From positions 128,678-192,677 of the forward strand of contig CAXWPH010000003.1 of NCBI GenBank assembly GCA_963666055.2: a DNA stretch of 64,000 nucleotides. Direction: 5' to 3'. Below, piece by piece: positions 1 to 8,837 of the stretch. A model generated the notes under the pieces. That model was not told the origin of the DNA and ran no database searches. It worked only from the letters and a program-made list of their open reading frames with translations. The stretch comes from Acidobacteriota bacterium. GTDB taxonomy: Bacteria; Acidobacteriota; UBA890; WLXD01. Position 1 is the stretch's first letter. Every line of letters begins with the position of its first letter. Both the position numbers and the translations under genes were made by a program.

Positions 1-1
1 G

Positions 2-310
2 CGGCTCGAAACGCTACGCCGAGCCGACCATCTGGTGATGGAGGCCTTGCGGCGCCACCACCTGTACGACAGCGTATGGCAATGTCCGACAGTGCTCGTT
101 CCGCTTCAGCTGGACTATGGAGACGAGCGCACAGGCGAGCTTGTCGTCGTGCGGCCGGTGCACTCGCAGCGCGCCATGACGGCGCGGCCCGTGGAGCTCG
201 GCGCCGCCGTCCTCGATGATCTCCGCCGTGACGTGTTGGCCATTCCCGGTGTATCCGGCCTGGCGCTCGACACGACGTCGAAGCCGCCTGGCACGATCGA
301 GTGGGAGTAA
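2..310 (+). CDS. guaA: GMP synthase, C-terminal part (runs off the window start)
   Basis: Ends ...DTTSKPPGTIEWE, the characteristic GMP synthase C-terminus (KPPxTIEWE); also RPVxSxxAMTA. Confidence 0.88.
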   Translation, partial: RLETLRRADHLVMEALRRHHLYDSVWQCPTVLVPLQLDYGDERTGELVVVRPVHSQRAMTARPVELGAAVLDDLRRDVLAIPGVSGLALDTTSKPPGTIEWE

Positions 311-333
311 AGCCTGTGCCGAGCAGGTCGGCG

Positions 334-501
334 CTAGTCGCGCTCTTTCAGTAGACCCTTGTAGACGAGCGCCGCAAGCACGCCGCCAACCGGCGGGGCC
401 ACCATATACAGCCACAGATCCGCCGTCTGGCCGCTGAGGATCGCAGGGCCGAGGGAGCGTGCCGGGTTCAGCGACGCGCCGGTCAGTGGGCCGCCCATCA
501 T
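334..501 (-). pseudogene. Aquaporin/MIP channel C-terminal remnant
   Basis: [22 protein letters not shown]...[18 protein letters not shown] is the second NPA motif plus last helix only. The upstream space is occupied by the S9 peptidase gene. Confidence 0.8.
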
Positions 502-573
502 CCGGGAGGGCTGCCATTCTGTATGCTGGATCCCACGACCGATCGAATCGACTGGAATCATGGGAGCACCTCG

Positions 574-2799
574 ATGCGCCGAATTCTGTCCCGTACTTGT
601 CTTGTCAGCCTCGTAGTGATCGCCTCGGGCAGCGTGGCAACCTCGCAGCTGCGTGCCGCTCCGGCACAGAGCGGCCGGATCACGCTCGAGTCGCTGTATA
701 GCCCCGACTCGAGCGAGCGGGTGAGCTACTCGGGCTCGCTGCCTGCGCTCACCTGGGTCGACGACACGAGCTATGTCGAGCGCGGCGAAAGCGGTGAATG
801 GAGGAAGGTCGCCGCCGCTACCGGGGCGGCCACCGCGGCTGTGGACATGGATGCCATGCGCGCCTCTCTCGCCGACCTGGCGGGGCTGACCGACGAGGAC
901 GTGGCCACGCTGACCGAGCGTGCTGCCCCCGACATCGCACGTGGACGAGACGCCGTCTTGCTGAACCACGCCAACGATCTGTTCGTGGTGTTTGCCAGCG
1001 GCGCTGCCAAGAGGTTGACGTTCAACGCCGAGCCGGAAGTGGGCGAGGAGCTCTCGCCCGACGGTCGGTTCGTGTCGTTCGTCCGCGACTACAACCTTCA
1101 CCTTATCGAGGTGGGCTCCGGCCGCGAGCGGGCGCTGACTACCGACGGGTCCGATGAGCTGTTTTACGGGCGTCTCGATTGGGTCTATCAGGAGGAAATC
1201 TACGGTCGTGGGAACTTCAAGGGGTACTGGTGGAGCCCCGACTCGAGCGCCCTCGCTTTCCTCAAGCTCGATGAGTCGCCGGTAAGCGAGTTCACCGTCG
1301 TCGACCATATTCCCTCGACGCTCAATACCGAGATCACCAACTATCCGAAGGCCGGAGATCCGAACCCTAAAGTGTGGCTCGGCGTAGTCAAGGCGGTTGG
1401 TGGCGAGGCCACGTGGATCGATACCAAGAAGTACGAGCCCATCGAGCACCTGATTGTCGGCGTTGGCTGGCATCCGAGTGGCGACCGTGTCGTGTATCAG
1501 GTCCAGGATCGTGAGCAGACCTGGCTCGATCTCAATACCGCCGATCCGGCTACCGGCGCCAGTACGACGCTGATCCGCGAGACCACCGAGGCGTTCGTTC
1601 AGGAGATGGGCGGACCGAGTTGGCTCCCGGACGGCAGCTTCCTTTGGTTCTCCGAGCGCACCGGCTTCAAGCACCTATATCACTATGCGTTTGACGGCTT
1701 CGACATCCCGGTCCTCAGACACCAGGTGACCGAGGGCGAGTGGGAGGCGCGGACGCTCCACGGGGTCGATGCTCAGGGCTGGGTGTACTTTTCGGGTACC
1801 CGGTACAGCCCCATTGCCAACCACGTGTATCGGGTCCGTGTCGACGGCTCAGAGCTCGAGCGCCTGTCGTCTGTCGAGGGCGACCACGCGGCGCGCTTCA
1901 ACCCCGGGCTCACCCACTATCTGGACACCTGGAGCGACGCCACCACGCCACCGCAGATTCGGCTCCACACCGACACGGGCTCCGAGGTGCGGGTCATCGC
2001 CGAGAATCGAGTGGCGGTGCTGGAAGATATCGATCTCGGTACCGTGGAGTTCCTCCAGGTGCCAACGCGCGACGGCTTCCTGATGGAGGCGATGGTCATC
2101 AAGCCGCCCGATTTCGATCCCGGCAAGCGCTACCCAGTGCTGCAATATAACTACGGGGGGCCCCATTCCCCCGTGGTTCGCAACCGCTGGGGTGGAACGC
2201 GCTACATGTGGCACCAGATGCTTGCGCAGCGCGGCTACATTATCTGGATGTGCGACAACCGCTCGGCCTCCGGCAAGGGCATCAAGCCCACCTGGTATGC
2301 CTACCAACAGTTGGGTGTGGTGGAGCTGCGCGATATCGAGGATGGCCTCGACTGGCTCAAACAGCAGTCGTGGGTCGACGGCGACCGTCTCGGAATCTGG
2401 GGTTGGAGCTACGGGGGCTTCATGGCTTCTTTTGCGCTTACCCACTCGAAGTCGTTCAAGGCAGCGATCGCCGGAGCGCCAGTGACCGACTGGCGCCTGT
2501 ACGACACCATCTACACCGAGCGCTACATGCGCATGCCGCAGAATAATCCCGAGGGTTATGATTCCACCTCGGTGGTGAAGGCGGCGGGCAACCTGCATGG
2601 CAAGCTGCTCATCCTGCATGGGACCATGGACGACAACGTGCACTTCCAGAACTCTGTGCAGCTGGTCTACGAGCTACAGAAGGCGGGTAAGGACTTCGAG
2701 TTCATGATGTACCCGCGCTCGCGCCATGGCGTGCGGCAACGCGAGCTCGTCTGGCACCTGCAGCGGACGATGACCGACTTCGTGCTGGAGAACCTCTAG
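574..2799 (+). CDS. Dipeptidyl-peptidase IV (S9B family), secreted
   Basis: Signal peptide; DWVYQEE, YPKAG, GWSYGG nucleophile, DDNVH and C-terminal His motifs. Confidence 0.95.
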   Translation: MRRILSRTCLVSLVVIASGSVATSQLRAAPAQSGRITLESLYSPDSSERVSYSGSLPALTWVDDTSYVERGESGEWRKVAAATGAATAAVDMDAMRASLADLAGLTDEDVATLTERAAPDIARGRDAVLLNHANDLFVVFASGAAKRLTFNAEPEVGEELSPDGRFVSFVRDYNLHLIEVGSGRERALTTDGSDELFYGRLDWVYQEEIYGRGNFKGYWWSPDSSALAFLKLDESPVSEFTVVDHIPSTLNTEITNYPKAGDPNPKVWLGVVKAVGGEATWIDTKKYEPIEHLIVGVGWHPSGDRVVYQVQDREQTWLDLNTADPATGASTTLIRETTEAFVQEMGGPSWLPDGSFLWFSERTGFKHLYHYAFDGFDIPVLRHQVTEGEWEARTLHGVDAQGWVYFSGTRYSPIANHVYRVRVDGSELERLSSVEGDHAARFNPGLTHYLDTWSDATTPPQIRLHTDTGSEVRVIAENRVAVLEDIDLGTVEFLQVPTRDGFLMEAMVIKPPDFDPGKRYPVLQYNYGGPHSPVVRNRWGGTRYMWHQMLAQRGYIIWMCDNRSASGKGIKPTWYAYQQLGVVELRDIEDGLDWLKQQSWVDGDRLGIWGWSYGGFMASFALTHSKSFKAAIAGAPVTDWRLYDTIYTERYMRMPQNNPEGYDSTSVVKAAGNLHGKLLILHGTMDDNVHFQNSVQLVYELQKAGKDFEFMMYPRSRHGVRQRELVWHLQRTMTDFVLENL

Positions 2800-2861
2800 C
2801 GAGCCCACCGGAGTCCAATACGGTTGTCCGACCACCCCCTTGTAGACGACGCGGACGGAAC

Positions 2862-3547
2862 ATGGCACGAACCTATTTCAGCTCTAGTACCTTCAAGTTT
2901 CTGCGTGACCTGAACCGCAACAACGACCGAGATTGGTTCAAGGCCCGCCAGGATCGTTACGAGCGCACTGTGCGTGAGCCAGCGCTCGATTTCATCGCCG
3001 ACTTCGAAGCGCCGCTTCACAAGATCAGCCCCCACTTCGTCGCCCTCGCGAAGAAGTCGGGTGGCTCGCTGTTTCGTATTCACCGCGATGTCCGGTTCTC
3101 GAGAGACAAGAGCCCCTACAAGCCCTACACCGGGGTGCAGTTCCGTCACGAACAGGGTAAGGATGCTCACTGCCCGGGGTACTACCTTCACCTCCAGCCC
3201 AAGAGCGTGTTCGTCGCAGCCGGGATCTGGCGGCCCGATGGGCCGACGCTTCAGAAGATCCGCGAGCTCATCGCTGCCGATCCCGCCGGCTGGAAGAAGG
3301 CGGTCGGGGGCAAGCCCTTCAAAGATGCTTCGTGCTGGAGGGCGACTCCTTGAAGCGGCCGCCGAGGGGCTTTGACGCCGACCACCCTTCGATTGCGGAT
3401 CTGAAGCGCAAGGACTTCTTTGCCGTGGCGCGGGTCAGCGAGCAGTACGTAACCGGCGACAGCCTCATGAAGGACATCAGTGCCTTATGGCGGAAGGCGA
3501 CGCCGCTGATGCGGTTTCTCTGCGACGCGATCGACGTACCGTTCTAG
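2862..3547 (+). CDS. DUF2461 (TIGR02453) family protein, frameshifted near 3329
   Basis: NNDRDWF, FRIHRDVRFSRDKSPYK in the first frame; LEGDSLKRPPRGFDADHP..DLKRKDF in the second. One extra T (GCT TTC) would restore the frame. Confidence 0.85.
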
Positions 3548-3867
3548 TACGGGAGGCGGCCGCGGCGGCGACCATCGTAGTTACCTGCAGACGTGTCCGC
3601 CTCCCGAACTATGGCAGGGGCGCACAGAGAGTCACGCTCGTATCCTCGAGCAGCCTTGGCTGCGGATCCACGGCCGATCAGGCACCCGCGTTAGCCGCGA
3701 GTCCCAGCGGCTATTCCTCTCGGACGCGCAACCCGTTCCGCGGCGCCGGGCCGCGCCAAGTGCAATCTGGTCCCATTGCGTTGGCTGCATGCGTCGGCAA
3801 GTATGAATGCCCGACAACGCAATCGAATACAAGTTATGCGGCAGCGATCGATCCTTGGAGCCGAGCA

Positions 3868-4227
3868 TTGGTTACCTGCTACGTCCGATACGTTCTAAAG
3901 CTCGATGAAATCGGAGCATTCAAAGAGTACGCGCAACTCTGGATTCGCCTCATCAACCGGCTAGGAGGAACGCATCACGGCTACTTTCTTCCCGCCGACG
4001 ATGAGAAGGCGAAGAACCACGGTAGATTCAGCTTTCCCGGACTGGGATCTGAAGGGCCGCCTGATGTGGCGGTAGCCGTGTTCAGTTTTCCCGATTGGGA
4101 GACCTACGAGTTTTATCGGCGAGAAGCCGAGAAGCATCATGAGTGCAAAGCAGCAACAAAGATTGTAGAAGACACGAAGTGCTTCATCAGTTATGAGCGT
4201 AGTTTCATGATGCCGGTGTTCGAGTAG
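3868..4227 (+). CDS. NIPSNAP family protein carried on an integron cassette
   Basis: TCYVRY..F.EYA..W...I...GGTHHGYFLP...FSFP...YE.YR..ERSF pattern; lower GC than neighbours; TTG start after GGAG. Confidence 0.8.
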   Translation: MVTCYVRYVLKLDEIGAFKEYAQLWIRLINRLGGTHHGYFLPADDEKAKNHGRFSFPGLGSEGPPDVAVAVFSFPDWETYEFYRREAEKHHECKAATKIVEDTKCFISYERSFMMPVFE

Positions 4228-4264
4228 CCCAATCGCCCCAGCCGGAACTCAATACGTAGCAGCC

Positions 4265-4402
4265 GCATAACAAGCCGTTGCAGCGGACCATCAACAGCTC
4301 GGCCCAATTTTAACCTTGGTTGCCGTCTGGCGGCATACTGTGTCGGCTGGGTCGGGTCCGGTCAGCGCCTGTTGCTGGCCGCTGAACGCCGATCCGTTAG
4401 CC
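4265..4402 (+). mobile_element. attC recombination site
   Basis: R'' GCATAAC (4265-4271) and R' GTTAGCC (4396-4402). Arms CGTT(G)CAGCGG(A)CCA..CAACAG / CTGTTG..TGGCCGCTGAACG pair with extrahelical bases. Confidence 0.85.
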
Positions 4403-4406
4403 AGAC

Positions 4407-4637
4407 ATGAGCGAGATGAAGGAGTTGCTCAGAACCGCTACGCGTTCGGTTCGCAGCGTGAGCGGGCCGTCGGCGGCTGCGAATGCCAGAGTCCTGAAAG
4501 CGCGAGGGGAAACCGTAGCGGTCCTACAGATCCGTGACGCGACCGAGGCAGACATACGCGCGCTTGCGGCGCTTCACGTGACGACCCGGAATGACATGCA
4601 CGGACGCCGGCGGAACGCGTCGACCCGGCCCCGTTAG
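4407..4637 (+). pseudogene. Truncated GNAT acetyltransferase (second cassette remnant)
   Basis: Starts right after the attC R' box; IRDATEADIRALAALHV is a GNAT N-terminal motif; ends early near another GTTAGCG (4633-4639). Confidence 0.55.
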
Positions 4638-4668
4638 CGGCGTGGGGACAATCGGGCGTGGCTCATGG

Positions 4669-5055
4669 TCAAAGCACCGCGTGGACTAGGATCATGATCG
4701 CCACCATGGCGGCGACGAAGCCAGTCTCCGTGGCGATGGCGTAACGGCTCTTTCGTGAGAACAGACCGCCGGCCCCCATGAGCGCCATGATCGTGAGCGC
4801 GACGAGGATGATCGTAAGCAGCGCGTCTGCCGCCGCAGTTACGCCGACGATCCACGCCAGCAAGAACGTGGCGAGGAATTGAGCAAGGAGCGCTGGCACC
4901 GGTTGGCCGCTGCCTGCTTCCTCCGATATCCCGACGCCTTTCATCCACTTCGCGCCGAACAGCTTGGGGGAGTACCAAAGTCCGCCCAGCATGAATGCGA
5001 GGACCGTTCCTACCCCGACCGCCAGCCAGTTGACGTTCGCTGTGATCTCCGCCAT
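4669..5055 (-). CDS. DUF1761 family membrane protein
   Basis: NWLAV...AFMLGGLWYSPKLFGAKWM signature; four hydrophobic segments. Confidence 0.85.
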   Translation of the reverse strand: MAEITANVNWLAVGVGTVLAFMLGGLWYSPKLFGAKWMKGVGISEEAGSGQPVPALLAQFLATFLLAWIVGVTAAADALLTIILVALTIMALMGAGGLFSRKSRYAIATETGFVAAMVAIMILVHAVL

Positions 5056-5217
5056 TGAGCGTCGACTCCTTCCCAGTCTGGGGACATCGGTTGGAAGCGT
5101 GCAGCTTCTCACGGCGAGGCGCCCAAGGTCGTGGGGCTGGCTCGAAGGGGTGCGTGTGCCCCTCCGCTCTCTCCGTGTCGTCGGCTGCCGCCAAGCCTCA
5201 ATCTGCGCCGTGCTCTC

Positions 5218-5805
5218 CTACGGATAGAGCATCCCACTCCGCCAGCCGCCGTCGTCGGTGCGCTCGAACACCGTGCGGTCGTGCAATCGTCCCAGCCGCG
5301 ATTCCCAGAATTCGATTCGCGAAGGATTCAGCAGATACCCTCCCCAGAATGCCGGGCGGGGGATCCTCTGTCCGAGCCGTCGCGCCTTTTCGGTGACGTA
5401 GGCGATGATCAGCTCTCGACGGCCCTGTAACGGTTCGCTTTGCCGCGACGCCCAGGCGCCGAGCTGGCTCTGGCGCGCCCGAGTGGCGAAGTAGGCGTCG
5501 GCTTCCGCCTCCGAGACCCGCGTAACGGTGCCCTCGACGCGGATCTGCTTGGCGAGGGTGGGCCAGTAGAAAACCAGCGCGGCGCGGGGGTTGGCGTCGA
5601 GCTCGCTGGCTTTGCGGCTGCCGTAGTTCGTGTAGAAGACAAAGCCGTGCTCGTCGGCGCACTTCAGCAGCACCATCCGCGCCGACGGCTGTCCTTCTGC
5701 CGTGGTGGTCGCCAGGGTCATGGCCGTGGCGCGCTGCGGCTCGCCGTTGCGTTCGGCCTGCCGCTGCAACTGCAGGAAGCGAGCGATGGGATCGTGGACG
5801 TGCAT
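5218..5805 (-). CDS. pdxH: Pyridoxamine 5'-phosphate oxidase
   Basis: AMTLAT, RMVLLK, FYTNYGSRK, SQLGAWAS.QS, WGGY, EFW..RLHDR motifs. Confidence 0.96.
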   Translation of the reverse strand: MHVHDPIARFLQLQRQAERNGEPQRATAMTLATTTAEGQPSARMVLLKCADEHGFVFYTNYGSRKASELDANPRAALVFYWPTLAKQIRVEGTVTRVSEAEADAYFATRARQSQLGAWASRQSEPLQGRRELIIAYVTEKARRLGQRIPRPAFWGGYLLNPSRIEFWESRLGRLHDRTVFERTDDGGWRSGMLYP

Positions 5806-6041
5806 GAGGTGATTATCGCCCGGACGGTGGTGCGGTGTGGCGCCGGGCGCCCGGATGAGGGGCCGTCGACCGCAGGCATGCCTGGCGCTCCGAGATTTCG
5901 GTGTTCACCAACCGGTAACGTGAGTCCGGCGAGACTCTCAAGTAATTGAAATAACTGATCTTAGAGATTTTTTCTGCGCCGGCTCAAGAAAAACGCGCGC
6001 CGCGCTTGCCGGAATGAAGCGTCCGTAGTTTGATCACTCGG

Positions 6042-6504
6042 GTCCGGATGATTGCCCCGGCCAAACGGGAGATTCGGAACCTGTTGAGGTCGCGAAACGA
6101 CCTCGAGTAGAGAACGGCTCGACGAGCCTGGAAGCGGACCCGCAAGGGGAAGCGAAAGGGCTCGGGGGATAAACGGGAGCTCGAGAGGGAGCCCGGGACG
6201 CCCGGGGAGGCGCTGGAAGCCCGCAAGGGTGGAAGGCGACTGCCTGAACGAGGTGGACCAGACGTTCGCAAGGACGAGTGGGAAGTTTCGACGGGGCTGG
6301 AAGGCGAACCCGCGAGGGGGAGCCGGAGAGCAACGGAGCCAACGGCACGTTCGTCAGAGTGATGCCGATGGCAGGGTCGACGGAAAGGCTCGCAAGAGTC
6401 GGGAAGTCGAGCCATAGAGGCGAAGGAAGCTCGAGGAAACGATCGCGATGGAGGGTTTCGGACCCCACGGGAGGCCGTCGCGGTAATCATCCGGGCATTT
6501 TTTT
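6042..6504 (+). ncRNA. Putative large structured ncRNA (~455 nt), family not recognised
   Basis: Closing helix 6042-6056/6482-6496 (15 bp incl. 2 G-U) followed by T7 (6498-6504); six GNRA-capped arms with symmetric purine internal loops; no credible ORF. Confidence 0.8.
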
Positions 6505-6641
6505 GGTACCCGGAATGGCCCGAGGGGATGCGGGGCGAACCTAGCGGAACAGCTGGTGTTCGCCTCGCTGGGGCGCCGTCAGCTGGGTGCTTTGCGGTGT
6601 CGGCTTACTAGCGGGTTGCTTTCCGTTCGTTCACCCGGGCG

Positions 6642-7445
6642 TCACCCATCGTCGAATGGCAACGGCTTGACGATCAGGTTGCGCCAGATACAGGCGGGAG
6701 CGACCGGTATGCGGACCTTCCACAGGGCGGTGCCGTCGATCTGGGGAGCCTCTAGCTGCACGTCGTAGAGACCCACTGCCAGGTCGTTGATCTCGAACCA
6801 GCCGTCGCTGTCGCTCAGATAAGTGCGGTTGTCGCCTTCCGCCACCTCCAAGCTGATTCTCACACCGGGGACCGGACCGCCAGGATCGAGGCGGAAGCCG
6901 CTAGGCCGCTCCGCGCCGAGAGGCAGTTGCTGACGCTCCCGGTAGACCATGCCATACAGCGACACGACCTTCTCGGCTGTCTCGAGGCCGCGCAGGTAGG
7001 CCAGATCCGTCTCGGCGTCTCTGGCTAGCCGGGTGCGCGAACAGATTCCGGTCTCATACCGGCCGGTACGAGCCGACTGGTTGGCGTAAACGAGGTAAGT
7101 GCGGTTCGTGGCGAACTGGAAGCCGCAGTCTCCGCCGCCGGCGCCGGTTGCCACGATCACCTCGCGCTTACCCTCGGCGCCACGCCACCGTTCTAGCACA
7201 CGCAAGGTTGCCAGGATCCTGATTTGCACCTCGCCGTCCGTTTCCTCGGTAACCGTGTCCAGGCGGGTCACCCGTCCGACAAAGATCGCGGCAGTCTGCC
7301 ACCACACCTCGCAGGCGGGGCGCTTCGGTGACATGCAGGAGCAACAGGCCGTGGCCGCTCCGTCAGTGCCGGGTGTCTCCAGTCCCAGAGTCGCGGGCGC
7401 CAGGCCCAGGATGACTGCCGCCAGCAGCGGCCGCAGGGGTTTCAT
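6642..7445 (-). CDS. Secreted TIMP-like protein (CSC...CG..F....YLVYA...C.RT) with C-terminal beta-sandwich domain
   Basis: Signal peptide; CSC, AIFVGRV, GDCGFQF, YLVYA, ICSRT; C-terminal SDSDGWFEINDLAVGLYDV resembles a carboxypeptidase-regulatory-like domain. Confidence 0.7.
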   Translation of the reverse strand: MKPLRPLLAAVILGLAPATLGLETPGTDGAATACCSCMSPKRPACEVWWQTAAIFVGRVTRLDTVTEETDGEVQIRILATLRVLERWRGAEGKREVIVATGAGGGDCGFQFATNRTYLVYANQSARTGRYETGICSRTRLARDAETDLAYLRGLETAEKVVSLYGMVYRERQQLPLGAERPSGFRLDPGGPVPGVRISLEVAEGDNRTYLSDSDGWFEINDLAVGLYDVQLEAPQIDGTALWKVRIPVAPACIWRNLIVKPLPFDDG

Positions 7446-7647
7446 TGTGGGATCCTCAAGGCGACGGAGATTGACACTACAAGCATACACAAACCGGGCG
7501 AACAGCGGTCCACGTCGGCTCAGTGTCAGGCGCGGCCGCTGTCGATCAGCTAACCTTCTCTAACGACGGGTTCGAGTTTCGAGGGGCGACGAATCGGGGT
7601 GTTCCCGCGTCCTGCGTTCCGAGGACACTTCTATTGGGAGAGCTTTC

Positions 7648-8208
7648 ATGAAGATTCGCAATGTCCTGTTACAAACGGTTTCCCTGACGATCGCGGTCAT
7701 CATCGGCGCGGCGTTGCCGTTGAATGCGCAGAACGCCCCGGTCGGACGCGTGGTCGTTGTCGACGGTGAGCGGGTGACCGCCGAAACGCAGGTCGGGCAG
7801 GAAGTACGGAGGCAGGTGGAGGCTGCCGCCACCAACTGGCAGCTACAGTCAGACCAGTTGGAGACCGAGCTGCAGGGCCTGGCGACTAGTCGCCAGCAGC
7901 AGACGTTGACGCTCAGCGCTCAGGCGATGGCCGATCTCAACTCTCAGATCGAAGTGAAGCAGATAGCCATCCAGCGGTTGCAAGACGATGCTCGTCGTCA
8001 GCTCGATCGCATCCAGGCTGACGGTCAGCAGCGCATCAACCAGGTGCTCGTCCCGGTGCTGGAGAGACTCGCAGCGGAGCGGGGCTGGGATTTGGTATTC
8101 GATGCACGACTCGTGCAGACGGGCAGCCTGCTCCACTACGCCACCAATCTCGACGTCACCGACGAGTTCATCGCGGGCGTCAACGCCACCTCGGGGAGCT
8201 CTGATTAG
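7648..8208 (+). CDS. OmpH/Skp family periplasmic chaperone
   Basis: Signal peptide, VVVVD, long Gln-rich coiled coil, A.ERGWDLVFD, DVTDE.I C-terminus. Confidence 0.85.
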   Translation: MKIRNVLLQTVSLTIAVIIGAALPLNAQNAPVGRVVVVDGERVTAETQVGQEVRRQVEAAATNWQLQSDQLETELQGLATSRQQQTLTLSAQAMADLNSQIEVKQIAIQRLQDDARRQLDRIQADGQQRINQVLVPVLERLAAERGWDLVFDARLVQTGSLLHYATNLDVTDEFIAGVNATSGSSD

Positions 8209-8283
8209 CGGGCCGATCACCTGACGCAGATGGCCCCATATCGACCCAGCAATACGCAATGAGTCTCTGATATATACAGGCCA

Positions 8284-8837
8284 CTAGCAGGCCGTGGTGA
8301 AAGTGTGATGGGTCTGGCGACAGGGTCTTGCGAAGTGGAGGCAAGGAGAGAGGAGGAGGCGATGGTTACCCCATCGTTGACGAGGAACGACGCAGGATAC
8401 GCGCGCCACCCCCTGTCGCCCGAAGGGTTACGTCGATTTGGGGCCATCTGCGGTGTTGGCCTTCCTCGACGATGGCTAGCAGGCCGTGGTGGAAGTGTGA
8501 CGGGCCTGGCGACAGGGTCTTGCGAAGTGGAGGCAAGGAGAGAGGAGGAGGCGATGGTTACCCCATCGTTGATGAGGAACGACGCAGGATACGCGCGCAA
8601 CCCCCTGTCGCCCGAAGGGTTACGGTGATTTGGGGCCATCTGCAGCGTTGGCCTTCCTCGACGATGGCTAGGGCATCGCCAGTGTCAGGCCGCCTTCCAT
8701 CTGGCCCCAACTCGCCGCAACCAGGCCCGCCACACTTCCACCACGGCCTGCTAGGGCATCGCCTGTGTCAGGCCGCCTTGCATCTGGCCCCAACTCGCCG
8801 TAACCAGACCCACCACACTTTCACCACGGCCTGCTAG
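8284..8837. mobile_element. Nested MITEs: one 275-bp copy inserted in the internal CTAG of another
   Basis: CTAG at 8284, 8476, 8668, 8751 and 8834 gives units of 192, 192, 83 and 83 bp. The 30-bp TIR variants pair outer-with-outer and inner-with-inner. Confidence 0.88.

Noticed and set aside
300-520. Genomic island integrated at the guaA 3' end
   Set aside because: guaA is a known hotspot, but there is no integrase and no duplicated guaA end in the window.
334-1674. Long antisense ORFs (e.g. 334-1674, 19639-20610, 38782-39861, 54456-55664)
   Set aside because: Shadow frames of well-supported genes on the opposite strand, typical of high-GC DNA; only the last 55 codons of 334-1674 (aquaporin remnant) are meaningful.
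3320-3340. Programmed frameshift in the DUF2461 gene
   Set aside because: No slippery heptamer; loss of one T in a short run explains it, so a sequencing error or point lesion is more likely.
5995-6012. Sigma54 promoter before the putative ncRNA
   Set aside because: TTGC is present but the required GG at -24 is absent.
6042-6504. RNase P RNA, tmRNA, SRP RNA or group II intron as the identity of the structured element
   Set aside because: No GAGGAAAGUCC plus 3' P4 partner, no tRNA-like GGGG...CCA ends, no SRP domain IV helix (GAAGGAAGC at 6422 lacks the flanking pairing), and no domain V or intron ends.
5984-6544. ORFs 5984-6490(-), 6034-6468(-), 6229-6417(+) and 6278-6544(+)
   Set aside because: Low-complexity R/S/P/G translations with no motifs; stop-codon scarcity is explained by the U-poor, GC-rich structured sequence.
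8284-8837. CRISPR array or protein-coding repeats (ORFs 8217-8639, 8305-8628, 8328-8837)
   Set aside because: Units are 192 and 83 bp with TIRs and no unique spacers; no cas genes; the ORFs are translations of the MITE.
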